Positions 26,401 through 34,387 of a DNA stretch of 38,080 nucleotides are shown here, one piece after another. The DNA comes from Lysobacteraceae bacterium. GTDB taxonomy: Bacteria; Pseudomonadota; Gammaproteobacteria; Xanthomonadales; Xanthomonadaceae. The translations under genes were made by a program, and so were the position numbers. The notes under the pieces are model-generated. The model saw only the letters and a list, made by a program, of their open reading frames with translations. It made no database searches and was not told the DNA's origin. Numbering within the stretch: position 1 is the stretch's first letter; every line of letters starts with the position of its first letter. The DNA is taken from NCBI GenBank assembly GCA_024710865.1, contig JANJTY010000363.1:1-38080 (forward strand). The letters run 5' to 3'.

Positions 26401-26430
26401 TTCGGGTACAGCTTTGCAGACCGGACTGGA

Positions 26431-28137
26431 TTACGACCAGGCCAGCGGGTTGCCGTCCAGGTCGAGGACCGGGATCGGCGAACCATCCGCCTCGATGCCG
26501 TCGACGGTGTAGCCGTCGCGGTCGGCGCGGTGCTTGTGGATCTGCGAGTAGTTGCGCAGCGTGCCGGTGCCGGAATCGCCGTTGATGTAGTTGGCGACCC
26601 AGAAGCCCGTCACCGGGAGACCGGCGGCGAGGTTGTGGAAGCCGTCGCCGTCGACGTCATCGTCCACCATGTAGTGGGTCAGATCAGCCGGGGTGAAGAA
26701 CGGAGACGCAAAGTCGACACCGTCGTTGCCAAGCTGCATGCGCAGCCAGCCCTCGTGGAACTCGTCGGCCTCGTCAACCACGGTGTCGCCGTTCGAGTCG
26801 TTGCAGTTGCCCGCAGCGCCGAACACGCGGCAGAGGTTGATGTTACGCGCGACCGCAGCAGCCGAACCGAGGATCTCGGAATCGCCACCACCCTGGTTGT
26901 AGGTCACAACCTGGGCTTCGAAGCAGAGGTTCAGGCCAGGAGCCGTGACAACCGGCGGCGGCGGCGAGAACGGCACTTCGTCCGGAATGGTACCCGGGGT
27001 GTCTTCTTCACGATCCCAGAAGTTGATGTCGATCGGCTCGCACGCGCCGCCGCCACCGAAGCTGCTGATGAACGGACGACGCACGTTGCCGACGGTAGCC
27101 AGGTGCAGGCCCTTGGTCGGGAACGTGATGACCCACTCGGAGGACGCACCCATCGAAGCGGTGGTGTTGTACTCGTTGTAGATCTCGTTGTGCATGAACA
27201 GGGCCGAAACCGCGCGGAAGCGGGCGGTGTCGAACGCCATGGTCACCAGCGTGCCGTTGTCGAAGATGACCGCGGTCGAGGTACCACCGACCGGATCGGC
27301 CAGGAGGTCTTCGGCCTGGGCCAGGTTCGGCAGGATGCTGCCCGGGAAGGCGTGCAGCGGGCTGGCGGCGAGGTCCGGACGCACGAAGAAGCCTTCGATC
27401 GCATCCGGGTTGTACGAGTAGGCGATACCCGCGGCCACGTTGACCACGGAAGCGGCGCCGAACAGGCCACCCTCCGGCGGAGCAACGTCGTCATCGGTGT
27501 TCGGAGCAACACGCCACACGCCACCGGCCTGCCAGGCAGACTGGATCGCCGCGCAGTTGTTCGGCACCGGACGACCCGCAGCGGCCGAAGCGGCCGAGAA
27601 CGGGTTGTGCGTCGCCGCCGTGGCGAGGTTGAACGGAGCGGCACCCTGAAGGTCGCCCACGACGCCCATCTCGATGATTTCGATATGGCCTTCGCGGGTA
27701 CGGCTCAGGCTACTGGTGCCACCGTCGGCGTTCAGACCGGTGTACTGGTAGTTCACGAACGGCTGACCAGCGGTGGGGATCTGGGTCGGCGCGATGCACG
27801 AGGTATCGGACGAGAACAGGATGCCCGGGCCACCGGCGTTGCCGGCATCGGTCAGGGCGCCGGTCCAGACGTCGAACGGCGACAGGTACAGGTTGAAGTC
27901 CAGGACCTCTCGGCTGTTGTGGCCTTCGAGGAAGCGGACCTTGACGGCCTTGACGTCATCGGTGGTGTTGACCACCGAGAACACGGTGACCAGGCCATTG
28001 TTGACGGTGTAGTACGGATAGATGAGCACCTGACCCAGACCGTCCGGGTTGATGTTCATCGCGGTGGCGACATTCGCGAGGCCAGCGGCGCCCGCGATGC
28101 CGGCGACGACCGCAGTCGTCAGAGAACTCTTTTTCAT
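26431..28137 (-). CDS. Secreted hypothetical protein, probably abundant (family not recognised)
   Basis: 568 aa from ATG 28137; the tracked start at 28140 is a GTG one codon upstream. AGGAG SD lies 7 nt upstream. The Sec signal is MKKSSLTTAVVAGIAGAAGLANVATA. It has six Cys and Asp-rich motifs near the C-terminus (MVDDDVDGDGF, NDSNGDTVVDEADEF). Codon choice is enriched in CGT/GGT/GCT compared with neighbours. It has its own strong terminator. Confidence 0.85.
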   Translation of the reverse strand: MKKSSLTTAVVAGIAGAAGLANVATAMNINPDGLGQVLIYPYYTVNNGLVTVFSVVNTTDDVKAVKVRFLEGHNSREVLDFNLYLSPFDVWTGALTDAGNAGGPGILFSSDTSCIAPTQIPTAGQPFVNYQYTGLNADGGTSSLSRTREGHIEIIEMGVVGDLQGAAPFNLATAATHNPFSAASAAAGRPVPNNCAAIQSAWQAGGVWRVAPNTDDDVAPPEGGLFGAASVVNVAAGIAYSYNPDAIEGFFVRPDLAASPLHAFPGSILPNLAQAEDLLADPVGGTSTAVIFDNGTLVTMAFDTARFRAVSALFMHNEIYNEYNTTASMGASSEWVITFPTKGLHLATVGNVRRPFISSFGGGGACEPIDINFWDREEDTPGTIPDEVPFSPPPPVVTAPGLNLCFEAQVVTYNQGGGDSEILGSAAAVARNINLCRVFGAAGNCNDSNGDTVVDEADEFHEGWLRMQLGNDGVDFASPFFTPADLTHYMVDDDVDGDGFHNLAAGLPVTGFWVANYINGDSGTGTLRNYSQIHKHRADRDGYTVDGIEADGSPIPVLDLDGNPLAWS

Positions 28138-28279
28138 CACAACACTCCTAGATCAACCACAGGGCTTTATTGCTAACGGCTAACCCCACCCCGCCATAGC
28201 GGTTTGTCCCGCCTTCTATGGGCGAGGCTAGGCAACAGCGCACGCAGTCTACGACATGGCCGCAGGCGCGTGCAATCCC

Positions 28280-28714
28280 TTAACGAGCGGCCTCGCTGGG
28301 GATGTGGAACCAGTTCCCGTCCAGACGCAGCCAGGTCTCGCGCAGGATGGTGGACTGGTTGATCCGGCCGCCTCCGCGCAGGGGCACGGCCAGTTCGAAG
28401 TCGATGCGGATGCGGACTTCGCAGCGCTCGGCCTCCGGACACTCGACGTCGACCAACTCGGCCTTCTGCCAGCGCACCGGGCGCTGGGCGATCTCGTCGC
28501 GGTAGGCCTCGCGGGTCTTCGTGGCCCGGTAGCCTGGAGTGAGGTAGTCGTAGGCCAGCTCGCCCTGGCGGGCGATGAGGTGCTCCCAGCGCTTGACCGC
28601 ACGGACCTCCACGGTCTCGGCCTGCGGCTTGGAGGGCTTGGAGGGCGTGGCGGCACAGGCAGCGAGGAGAAGGGTCGCGGCGGCAGCAGCCAGACGCAGA
28701 GGGTTGCGGTTCAT
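28280..28714 (-). CDS. Small lipoprotein of unknown function, co-transcribed with gspD
   Basis: 144 aa. Lipobox LLLAAC in MNRNPLRLAAAAATLLLAACAATP. AAGGA SD is present, and the start is only 22 nt after the gspD stop. One internal Cys pair occurs in VECPEAERCEV. Confidence 0.8.
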   Translation of the reverse strand: MNRNPLRLAAAAATLLLAACAATPSKPSKPQAETVEVRAVKRWEHLIARQGELAYDYLTPGYRATKTREAYRDEIAQRPVRWQKAELVDVECPEAERCEVRIRIDFELAVPLRGGGRINQSTILRETWLRLDGNWFHIPSEAAR

Positions 28715-28736
28715 GGTGATCCTTGCTTCGGTTGGG

Positions 28737-31025
28737 TCAGTCCGTCTCGATGTTCACGTCCTGCGTCGGCACCGGGCGCAGGATGTTGAGCGGTTCGAGG
28801 CCACGGAACTGGCGGCGGTAGTCGTCGGTGATGCGGCGGGCATCGGCGTCGTTGTAGATCACGCGCGGGGTGATGAGGACCATGAGTTCCTCCCGGACCT
28901 CCGAGCGCGCCTGGCGTCCGAAGAGGCTACCCAGGACCGGGATGCGCGAGAGGCCCGGAACGCCCTCGCGGCCACGCTGGTCGGTGTTCTTGATCAACCC
29001 GCCCAGGACCACAGTCTGGCCGCTTTGCACGGCCACCTCGGTGGTGATCGTGCGGTTGTCCACGGCCTGGTTGCCACTGGCGTTCGGGGCACCGACCGGG
29101 GCGCTCTCCTGCTGGTCCACCTCCATGAACACGAGACCACCGGGATTGACCCGCGGCGTCACCGTCAGGGTGATACCGGTCTGGCGGAACTGGACGTAGC
29201 TCTGGTTGAGGTTGCCAGTGTTGTTGTTGCCGCCGCTGTTGATGAAGCTGCTGGTCACCGGAATCTGGGTACCCACGTTGATCGTGGCGGACTTGTTGTT
29301 GAGCACGGTGAGCGTCGGCGCCGAGAGCACCGTCGCCTTGCTCACGCTGTCCAGCGTGGAGATGATGGCGGCGGCGCTTGGACCGACGAAACTCCAGCCC
29401 AGTCCACCGCTATTCGCTACACCACCGATTCCACTGAAGCCTCCCCGACCGGCGGCAACCTGGGGAACGTTGACGCCATAGCTCGATGCTGCGGGAAACG
29501 TGGTGACTGCGTTCTCGAAGAACCACTGCACGCCGAACTCGAGTTCCTCGTTCAGCGTCACCCGCACGATCTGTGCCTCGATGAAGACCTGCAGCGGGAT
29601 GGTGTCGAGGCGCTCGATGGTGCGGCGGATGGACTCCCACTGCCCGGAGGTGGCGCGCACCAGCAGCGCGTTGCTCTCTTCGACCGCGGAGATGCGCACC
29701 TCCTCGACCGAGCCAAGCGCGATGCCGCCGGCACCGTCGACGACCGGACCGCTGACCGCCGCGCCGCCACCCGCAGCGACGCCGCCATCCGAACCACGCG
29801 AGCCGCCGCCCGAGGAACGCACCGGAGCGGCCTTGGCCGCATCCGGCAGCTCAGGCTGGCCGCTGCGCCCCAGGGTGCGCACCTCGACCGGGTTGAGGCC
29901 GGGCATGAGCGGATCGCCGGACGGGCTGCGCGTCGAGGTGGCGACCGAACCACCACCCGTGCCGAAGATGTCGCCCAGGGTCGCGGCCAGATCGACCGCC
30001 TTGACGTTCTTGACGTCGTAGACATAGAGCCGCTGCGCGGCCTGGTCGCCGCCGAGATCGAAGCGCTCCAGCCACTCCTCGATCGCGCCCAGGTAGCGCG
30101 GCTGCGGCGTGATCACCATGACCGAATTGACGCCCTCCAGCACGAGGAAGCGGAACATGCCCGCCATCGGGGTGTTGGCGCCCTCGCCGAACAGCTTCTC
30201 CAGCTCGCCAACCACCGTGCCGGCTTCGGCCTGCATGAGCGGGAAGATGCCGACCGACATGCCCTCGAGCCAGTCGACGTCGAAGATCTCGACCGTCTGC
30301 AGGTAGAGCTCCAGCTCGGCCCGCGTGCCGCCCAGGATCAGCAGGTTGCGCGCGTTGTCGACGTTGACGATGGCCTGCGGGCGGGCGTAGGGCTTGAGCA
30401 CCTTCTCCATCTCGGTGGCGGAGATGAAGCGCAGCGGCACGGCGCGCACCTCGTAGCCGCGCTGCTGGGAGAGCGGCCCGCTGCGCGGGCTCAGGTTGCC
30501 GGAGATGGCGCGGTCGACCGGCACGATGGTGTAGCGGCCATCGCCCCAGATCATCGCGGCGTTGTTCCAGGACAGCAGCATCTCCAGCACCGACATGGCC
30601 TGGTCGGCGCGGATCGGCCGCGCCGTCGAGAAGGTGACCGAGCCCTGCACGCCGGGCGCGATCACGTAGTTCTCCTGCAGCAGGTCGCCGAGGATGGTCT
30701 TGATCACCGCCTGCAGCGACTCGCCCTCGAAGTTGAAGGTGACCTCGCCCGCGGCGGAGGTGGCCGGCGGGCGGCGCGCGGCCGCGTCCTCGTCGATGAA
30801 GCGGCCGCTGCCTTCGTCGATCTGGCGCAGCGGCGGTTCTTTCGCGCCCTCGTCCTCCGCGGCATCCGCTCCGGCGTCGCGGGCGGATGATGGATCGGCG
30901 GCGACCGCGGTGTAGGTCGGTTCGCCCTCGCGGTGCGCGGAGTCGCGCAAGGAAGGTCCGGTCGCGCAGCCGCCCAGCAGGACGAGGGCGATCGCTGCCA
31001 GAGCGATGGGGAGAGCGTTCTTCAT
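28737..31025 (-). CDS. gspD: Type II secretion system secretin GspD (XpsD-type, lipidated)
   Basis: 762 aa. N0/N1-type repeats start at VTFNFEGESLQAVIKTILGDLL. The secretin core includes VLNNKSATINVGTQIPV and VVLGGLI...........VPGLSRIPVLG.LF. The N-terminal lipobox is LVLLGGC. Confidence 0.95.
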   Translation of the reverse strand: MKNALPIALAAIALVLLGGCATGPSLRDSAHREGEPTYTAVAADPSSARDAGADAAEDEGAKEPPLRQIDEGSGRFIDEDAAARRPPATSAAGEVTFNFEGESLQAVIKTILGDLLQENYVIAPGVQGSVTFSTARPIRADQAMSVLEMLLSWNNAAMIWGDGRYTIVPVDRAISGNLSPRSGPLSQQRGYEVRAVPLRFISATEMEKVLKPYARPQAIVNVDNARNLLILGGTRAELELYLQTVEIFDVDWLEGMSVGIFPLMQAEAGTVVGELEKLFGEGANTPMAGMFRFLVLEGVNSVMVITPQPRYLGAIEEWLERFDLGGDQAAQRLYVYDVKNVKAVDLAATLGDIFGTGGGSVATSTRSPSGDPLMPGLNPVEVRTLGRSGQPELPDAAKAAPVRSSGGGSRGSDGGVAAGGGAAVSGPVVDGAGGIALGSVEEVRISAVEESNALLVRATSGQWESIRRTIERLDTIPLQVFIEAQIVRVTLNEELEFGVQWFFENAVTTFPAASSYGVNVPQVAAGRGGFSGIGGVANSGGLGWSFVGPSAAAIISTLDSVSKATVLSAPTLTVLNNKSATINVGTQIPVTSSFINSGGNNNTGNLNQSYVQFRQTGITLTVTPRVNPGGLVFMEVDQQESAPVGAPNASGNQAVDNRTITTEVAVQSGQTVVLGGLIKNTDQRGREGVPGLSRIPVLGSLFGRQARSEVREELMVLITPRVIYNDADARRITDDYRRQFRGLEPLNILRPVPTQDVNIETD

Positions 31026-31037
31026 GGCCGTTCCTGC

Positions 31038-31775
31038 CTATTCCTTGCTGTCGTTGTTGCCGCGCGCCGCGGCTTCCCGCATCTGGCGTCGACGTTCTTC
31101 GATCCGCCGCCGGATGAGCTCGGCGCGCGACTCCGGCGTTTCCGCCGCTGCGGTGCCGGGCTCGCTGGGCTGCTCGGCGCTGCCGTCTGCATTGGTGGCC
31201 GCGACCGTGGCGCCGTCGGCGCCGGCCGGCTGCGCGGTCAGCGCGGTCGGGGCTTCGCCGCCGGAGCCGTCGAACACGCGCAACTCGGCCTCGGCTCGCC
31301 CCGTGGGGCCTTCGAAGACCGCCTTGCGCGCCTGGAGTTCAACCAGCTTCCAGCCCACCTGCTCGCCCTCGAGGCTGGACCCGACCCGCACGCTCTGCGA
31401 GGCGCGGCTGCGGTTGTCCTGCACGATGGCAATACGGGTGTCGCCGCTAATGATGACGCTGGTGAGGGTGATCTCGAGCGGCGCAGGCGGCGGGGCTTCG
31501 GCCTCACCGGCAGGCGCCTCGTCCGGCGGCACCGGGCGCCGGTCGGCATTGAATAGCGGACGCTGTCCGACCTCGGCATAGTGCTCGGGCTCGGGCAGCT
31601 CGGTGCGCGCACGGGAGAGGTCGAGGGTCGGCACCGGCGGCACCGCGGCGGGATCGTCGGGGTGCAGCGAGACCCGTCCGCCGAGACCGCCGAACGCCAC
31701 CAGCGCCACCAGCAGGGCCCAGACCGCGAACAGGCCGAGCACGAGGGTCGAAACCGGGATGTCGCGCGCCTGCAT
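31038..31775 (-). CDS. gspN: T2SS inner-membrane component XpsN/GspN (GspC-equivalent of xps-type systems)
   Basis: 245 aa from ATG 31775, a 1-nt overlap with the gspM stop. It has a single N-terminal TM (VLGLFAVWALLVALVAF) and an HR-like beta segment (ITLTSVIISGDTRIAIVQDN...VGWKLVEL....AVFEG). It sits between gspM and gspD as in xps clusters. The C-terminal tail is charged and coiled-coil-like, and no PDZ domain was seen. Confidence 0.65.
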   Translation of the reverse strand: MQARDIPVSTLVLGLFAVWALLVALVAFGGLGGRVSLHPDDPAAVPPVPTLDLSRARTELPEPEHYAEVGQRPLFNADRRPVPPDEAPAGEAEAPPPAPLEITLTSVIISGDTRIAIVQDNRSRASQSVRVGSSLEGEQVGWKLVELQARKAVFEGPTGRAEAELRVFDGSGGEAPTALTAQPAGADGATVAATNADGSAEQPSEPGTAAAETPESRAELIRRRIEERRRQMREAAARGNNDSKE

Positions 31776-32368
31776 CAGTTGCCACCCTTCTGTCGCAGGT
31801 AGCCCGACAGGTCGAAACTGATGTCGAGGTAGCTTGGGTTCCGGTTCTGGCCGCGCGGCACCTGCACGCCGCGACGGCTCACGCTGAGCTGCTCGACCAG
31901 CAACATCGGGCTGCCGCCCTCGAGCCCGTGCAGGACCTCGATGAAGTCCTCCAGCTCGCAGCGCATGCGGACCTTGATCGTGACGCGCTGGAAGACCTCG
32001 GACTCGCGCGACCGGAATGGGGTGCGACTGACCACCGAACAGCGCTCGCTGGACGAGGCGCGCTCGCCGATCAAGGCCTCCAGGCGCTGGATCAGGGCGG
32101 CGGCGGCGAGGTCGAAGTTGGCCTCGGCCAGGAAGCCGGGATTGTCGGCCTCGAAGCGACGCACCTCGGCCAGGCGCTCTTCCACCTGCGGTCGCTGCTG
32201 CGCGGTGGCACGGAACTGGAACTCCTGGTCGCGCAGCTCGATGAGCTGCTCGCGCATGTCGAGGTGCGGCGCCACGAACCACCAGTGCAGGCCCACGAGG
32301 TAGACCAGCAGCAGGGCGATCAGCAGCATCACCACGGCAAGGAAGCCGCCGTGCTTAGCGTCGGGCAT
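31775..32368 (-). CDS. gspM: T2SS protein M (GspM, subtype b)
   Basis: 197 aa from ATG 32368 (MPDAKHGGFLAVVMLLIALLLVYLV...). It has a single TM followed by a ferredoxin-like periplasmic domain, in the expected position after gspL. The longer tracked start at 32440 is Arg/Pro-rich and overlaps gspL. Confidence 0.7.
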   Translation of the reverse strand: MPDAKHGGFLAVVMLLIALLLVYLVGLHWWFVAPHLDMREQLIELRDQEFQFRATAQQRPQVEERLAEVRRFEADNPGFLAEANFDLAAAALIQRLEALIGERASSSERCSVVSRTPFRSRESEVFQRVTIKVRMRCELEDFIEVLHGLEGGSPMLLVEQLSVSRRGVQVPRGQNRNPSYLDISFDLSGYLRQKGGN

Positions 32369-33497
32369 CAGCCGCACCGGCCTTCTCCTCGGTCTGCGGG
32401 CCGTAACCGGCGGTGATCTGGAAGCGGTCCTTGCCGGCACGCTGGTCGGGCTGGATCGGTCCGGACAGGGACGGATCGCGCAGCAGCTGGGAGGACTGCA
32501 GCAGGGTCAGCAGCGCCGCCGCCTGACTTGAGAGCCCGTGCATGGTCACGCGCTCGCCATCGAAGTTGAGCCGTTCCAGGTAGGTATCATCCGGCAGCAG
32601 ACGGGTGAGCTCGTTCAGCAGGTCGGCCATGATCGGCTGCTGCGCCCTGCGCACGGCCAGGAAATTGGCTCCCTCCACCGCCTCGTCCAGGCCGCGGCGG
32701 AACTGGTTGACCGCGCGCGCTTCGGCGCGCTGGGTCTCGACCTCGGCATCGAGCCGCGCCAGGGCGGCCTCGCGGTTGGCCAGGGTCTGGTTCATCGCCA
32801 GGAGCAGCAGCAGCAGGAAGGCCACGACCAGGCCCGTGTTGATCCACAGCCAGAGGTTGGCGCGGCGGACGCGGCGCTCCGGCGGCAGCAGGTTGAAGCC
32901 GGCACGGCGGCCTTCCAGGCCGCGCACATCGACCGCGTCCAGGGTTGCCGCCAAGGGGCCGAGCGCAGCCAGGGCTTCGTCCAGACGCGAGCGCGGCACC
33001 AGGGCGATCTCGACCCGGATCTGCTTGCCGCCCGCCTCTTCGCCGCGCACCTTGGCATCGAAGTGCACCTGGTCGGGCTTGAACGGCGTCTGCCGGTCCA
33101 GTTCGAAGCCCAGTACCGACTGCAGGCGCTCACGCGCCGCGGCCGGCAGGGGCAGGATCCGGCGCAGCACGCGCGCGGGCGGCAGCAGCAGCACGCGCCG
33201 CGCGTCCCGGGCTTCGTGCGCGAAACGCTCGACGATCTCGGCCACCGCCTCCGCGCTGTCGGCCCGCACCGCTTCGCGCGCCTCCCCGGCCTGCCCGGGC
33301 AGGCGCAGGTCCACCCCGCCAGGAACCGGTTCGATCTCGATCCAGGCGCGTTCCGTGCGCAGCGCCGCCTGCCAGCGCGTGGGCAGCAGCGCACGCAGCT
33401 GGCCGAACCACCAGTCCAGGAAGGCCGGCAGCGGTGAAGCTTCGTAGCGGGCCTTGAGCCGCTGGAGCGGAATATCGAGAGCGTCGGCGAGTGGCAT
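32355..33497 (-). CDS. gspL: T2SS protein L (GspL/XpsL)
   Basis: 380 aa. A cytoplasmic N-domain is followed by a central TM (LWLWINTGLVVAFLLLLLLAM) and a PilN-like periplasmic domain. It sits between gspK and gspM. Confidence 0.75.
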   Translation of the reverse strand: MPLADALDIPLQRLKARYEASPLPAFLDWWFGQLRALLPTRWQAALRTERAWIEIEPVPGGVDLRLPGQAGEAREAVRADSAEAVAEIVERFAHEARDARRVLLLPPARVLRRILPLPAAARERLQSVLGFELDRQTPFKPDQVHFDAKVRGEEAGGKQIRVEIALVPRSRLDEALAALGPLAATLDAVDVRGLEGRRAGFNLLPPERRVRRANLWLWINTGLVVAFLLLLLLAMNQTLANREAALARLDAEVETQRAEARAVNQFRRGLDEAVEGANFLAVRRAQQPIMADLLNELTRLLPDDTYLERLNFDGERVTMHGLSSQAAALLTLLQSSQLLRDPSLSGPIQPDQRAGKDRFQITAGYGPQTEEKAGAADARR

Positions 33498-34387
33498 CAG
33501 AGGGCTTCCCCCTCCTGCCAGCGCAGGACGGTGTAGGCAAGTCCGGAGGTTCCGACGCCACCCAGGCGGAGCGTGACCTGCAGCTCCGTCCAGGCCCCGT
33601 TAGGAAGGGTGGCGCGCGACTTAATACTATACGTTCCGCTTCCGCCCTGTGCCATGAGCGGGGTTCCGTCCGGCAGGGTGGGCGGGCTCAGGCCCGAGTT
33701 GGGGTCGAACAGATGGCGCTGGTCGATCACGTCGCGCGCGGTCTGCTCGTCCATGCCCGGCCAGGCCCGCAAGGCCTCGAGCGGAGCAAAGGCCGGATTG
33801 AACTGGCCCTGTCCGGTATAAACGGTAATCGCGCCCTGCAGGCGCTGGTACAGGGCGAAATCGACCCCCAGCACCTGCTGCAGTTCGTCGGTGAGATCGA
33901 AGGGCGCATTCTTCGGGCCATGGCCCAGCCCCTCGGCATCGTACTCATCGACCTCGGCGCCATTCGGCATGACCAGGTCGTCCGGATCGCGGAAGTCGAT
34001 GACGGCATCGGCGAGGCGCACCGCTTCCAGTTCGTCCAGCCCGGCCACCATGAACAGGTTGATCAGGCCCTGCTGGTCGGCGGCGTTGATGTCGATCTTG
34101 CCGGATTCGTCGGTCACCTCGATCACGACCTCGGCCTCCTCGAAGGAAAACTGATAGGGCCGACCATCGGGAATCCAGCGTCGCTCCGGGTCCGGATCGA
34201 ACAGGCTGAGCACGGAACGGTTGATGCCGGCCTCGGCCGCGTAGCGCGCCTGGGTGCTGTCGAACAGGTGACGCGACTGCAGCGCTTCGGTGCGGGCGAG
34301 CAGGGTGAACGCACCCATCAGCACCGCCAGCAGGGCCAGCAGCCAGATCACGACGATGAAGGCGATGCCACGCTGGTTGCGCCTCAT
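33497..34387 (-). CDS. gspK: T2SS minor pseudopilin GspK
   Basis: 296 aa. The N-terminus is MRRNQRGIAFIVVIWLLALLAVL, with a GspK-type hydrophobic segment and no Glu+5. The motif ESGKIDIN and a helix-hairpin-helix-like region are present. Confidence 0.9.
   Translation of the reverse strand: MRRNQRGIAFIVVIWLLALLAVLMGAFTLLARTEALQSRHLFDSTQARYAAEAGINRSVLSLFDPDPERRWIPDGRPYQFSFEEAEVVIEVTDESGKIDINAADQQGLINLFMVAGLDELEAVRLADAVIDFRDPDDLVMPNGAEVDEYDAEGLGHGPKNAPFDLTDELQQVLGVDFALYQRLQGAITVYTGQGQFNPAFAPLEALRAWPGMDEQTARDVIDQRHLFDPNSGLSPPTLPDGTPLMAQGGSGTYSIKSRATLPNGAWTELQVTLRLGGVGTSGLAYTVLRWQEGEAL

Noticed and set aside
26530-28176. 548-aa ORF on the plus strand
   Set aside because: It is antisense to the 568-aa secreted-protein gene, which has an SD, a signal peptide and a terminator. 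No signals support the plus-strand ORF.
25090-28280. Lower-G+C segment as a horizontally acquired island or prophage remnant
   Set aside because: No integrase, transposase, tRNA or flanking direct repeats were seen. The G+C drop can be explained by the Asn/Thr/Ser-rich amino-acid composition and expression-linked codon choice. Horizontal acquisition can be neither supported nor excluded from this window.
28575-30890. 771-aa ORF on the plus strand
   Set aside because: It is antisense to the secretin gspD, with the same mirror-frame composition artefact.
31776-32282. N-terminal extension of tracked ORF 31038..32282 (414 aa), and likewise 35203..35700 of ORF 34384..35700
   Set aside because: The extensions overlap gspM and gspI respectively in other frames and are Arg/Pro/Ala-rich. 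Internal ATGs at 31775 and 35202 overlap the upstream stop codons and give products of the expected GspN and GspJ sizes.
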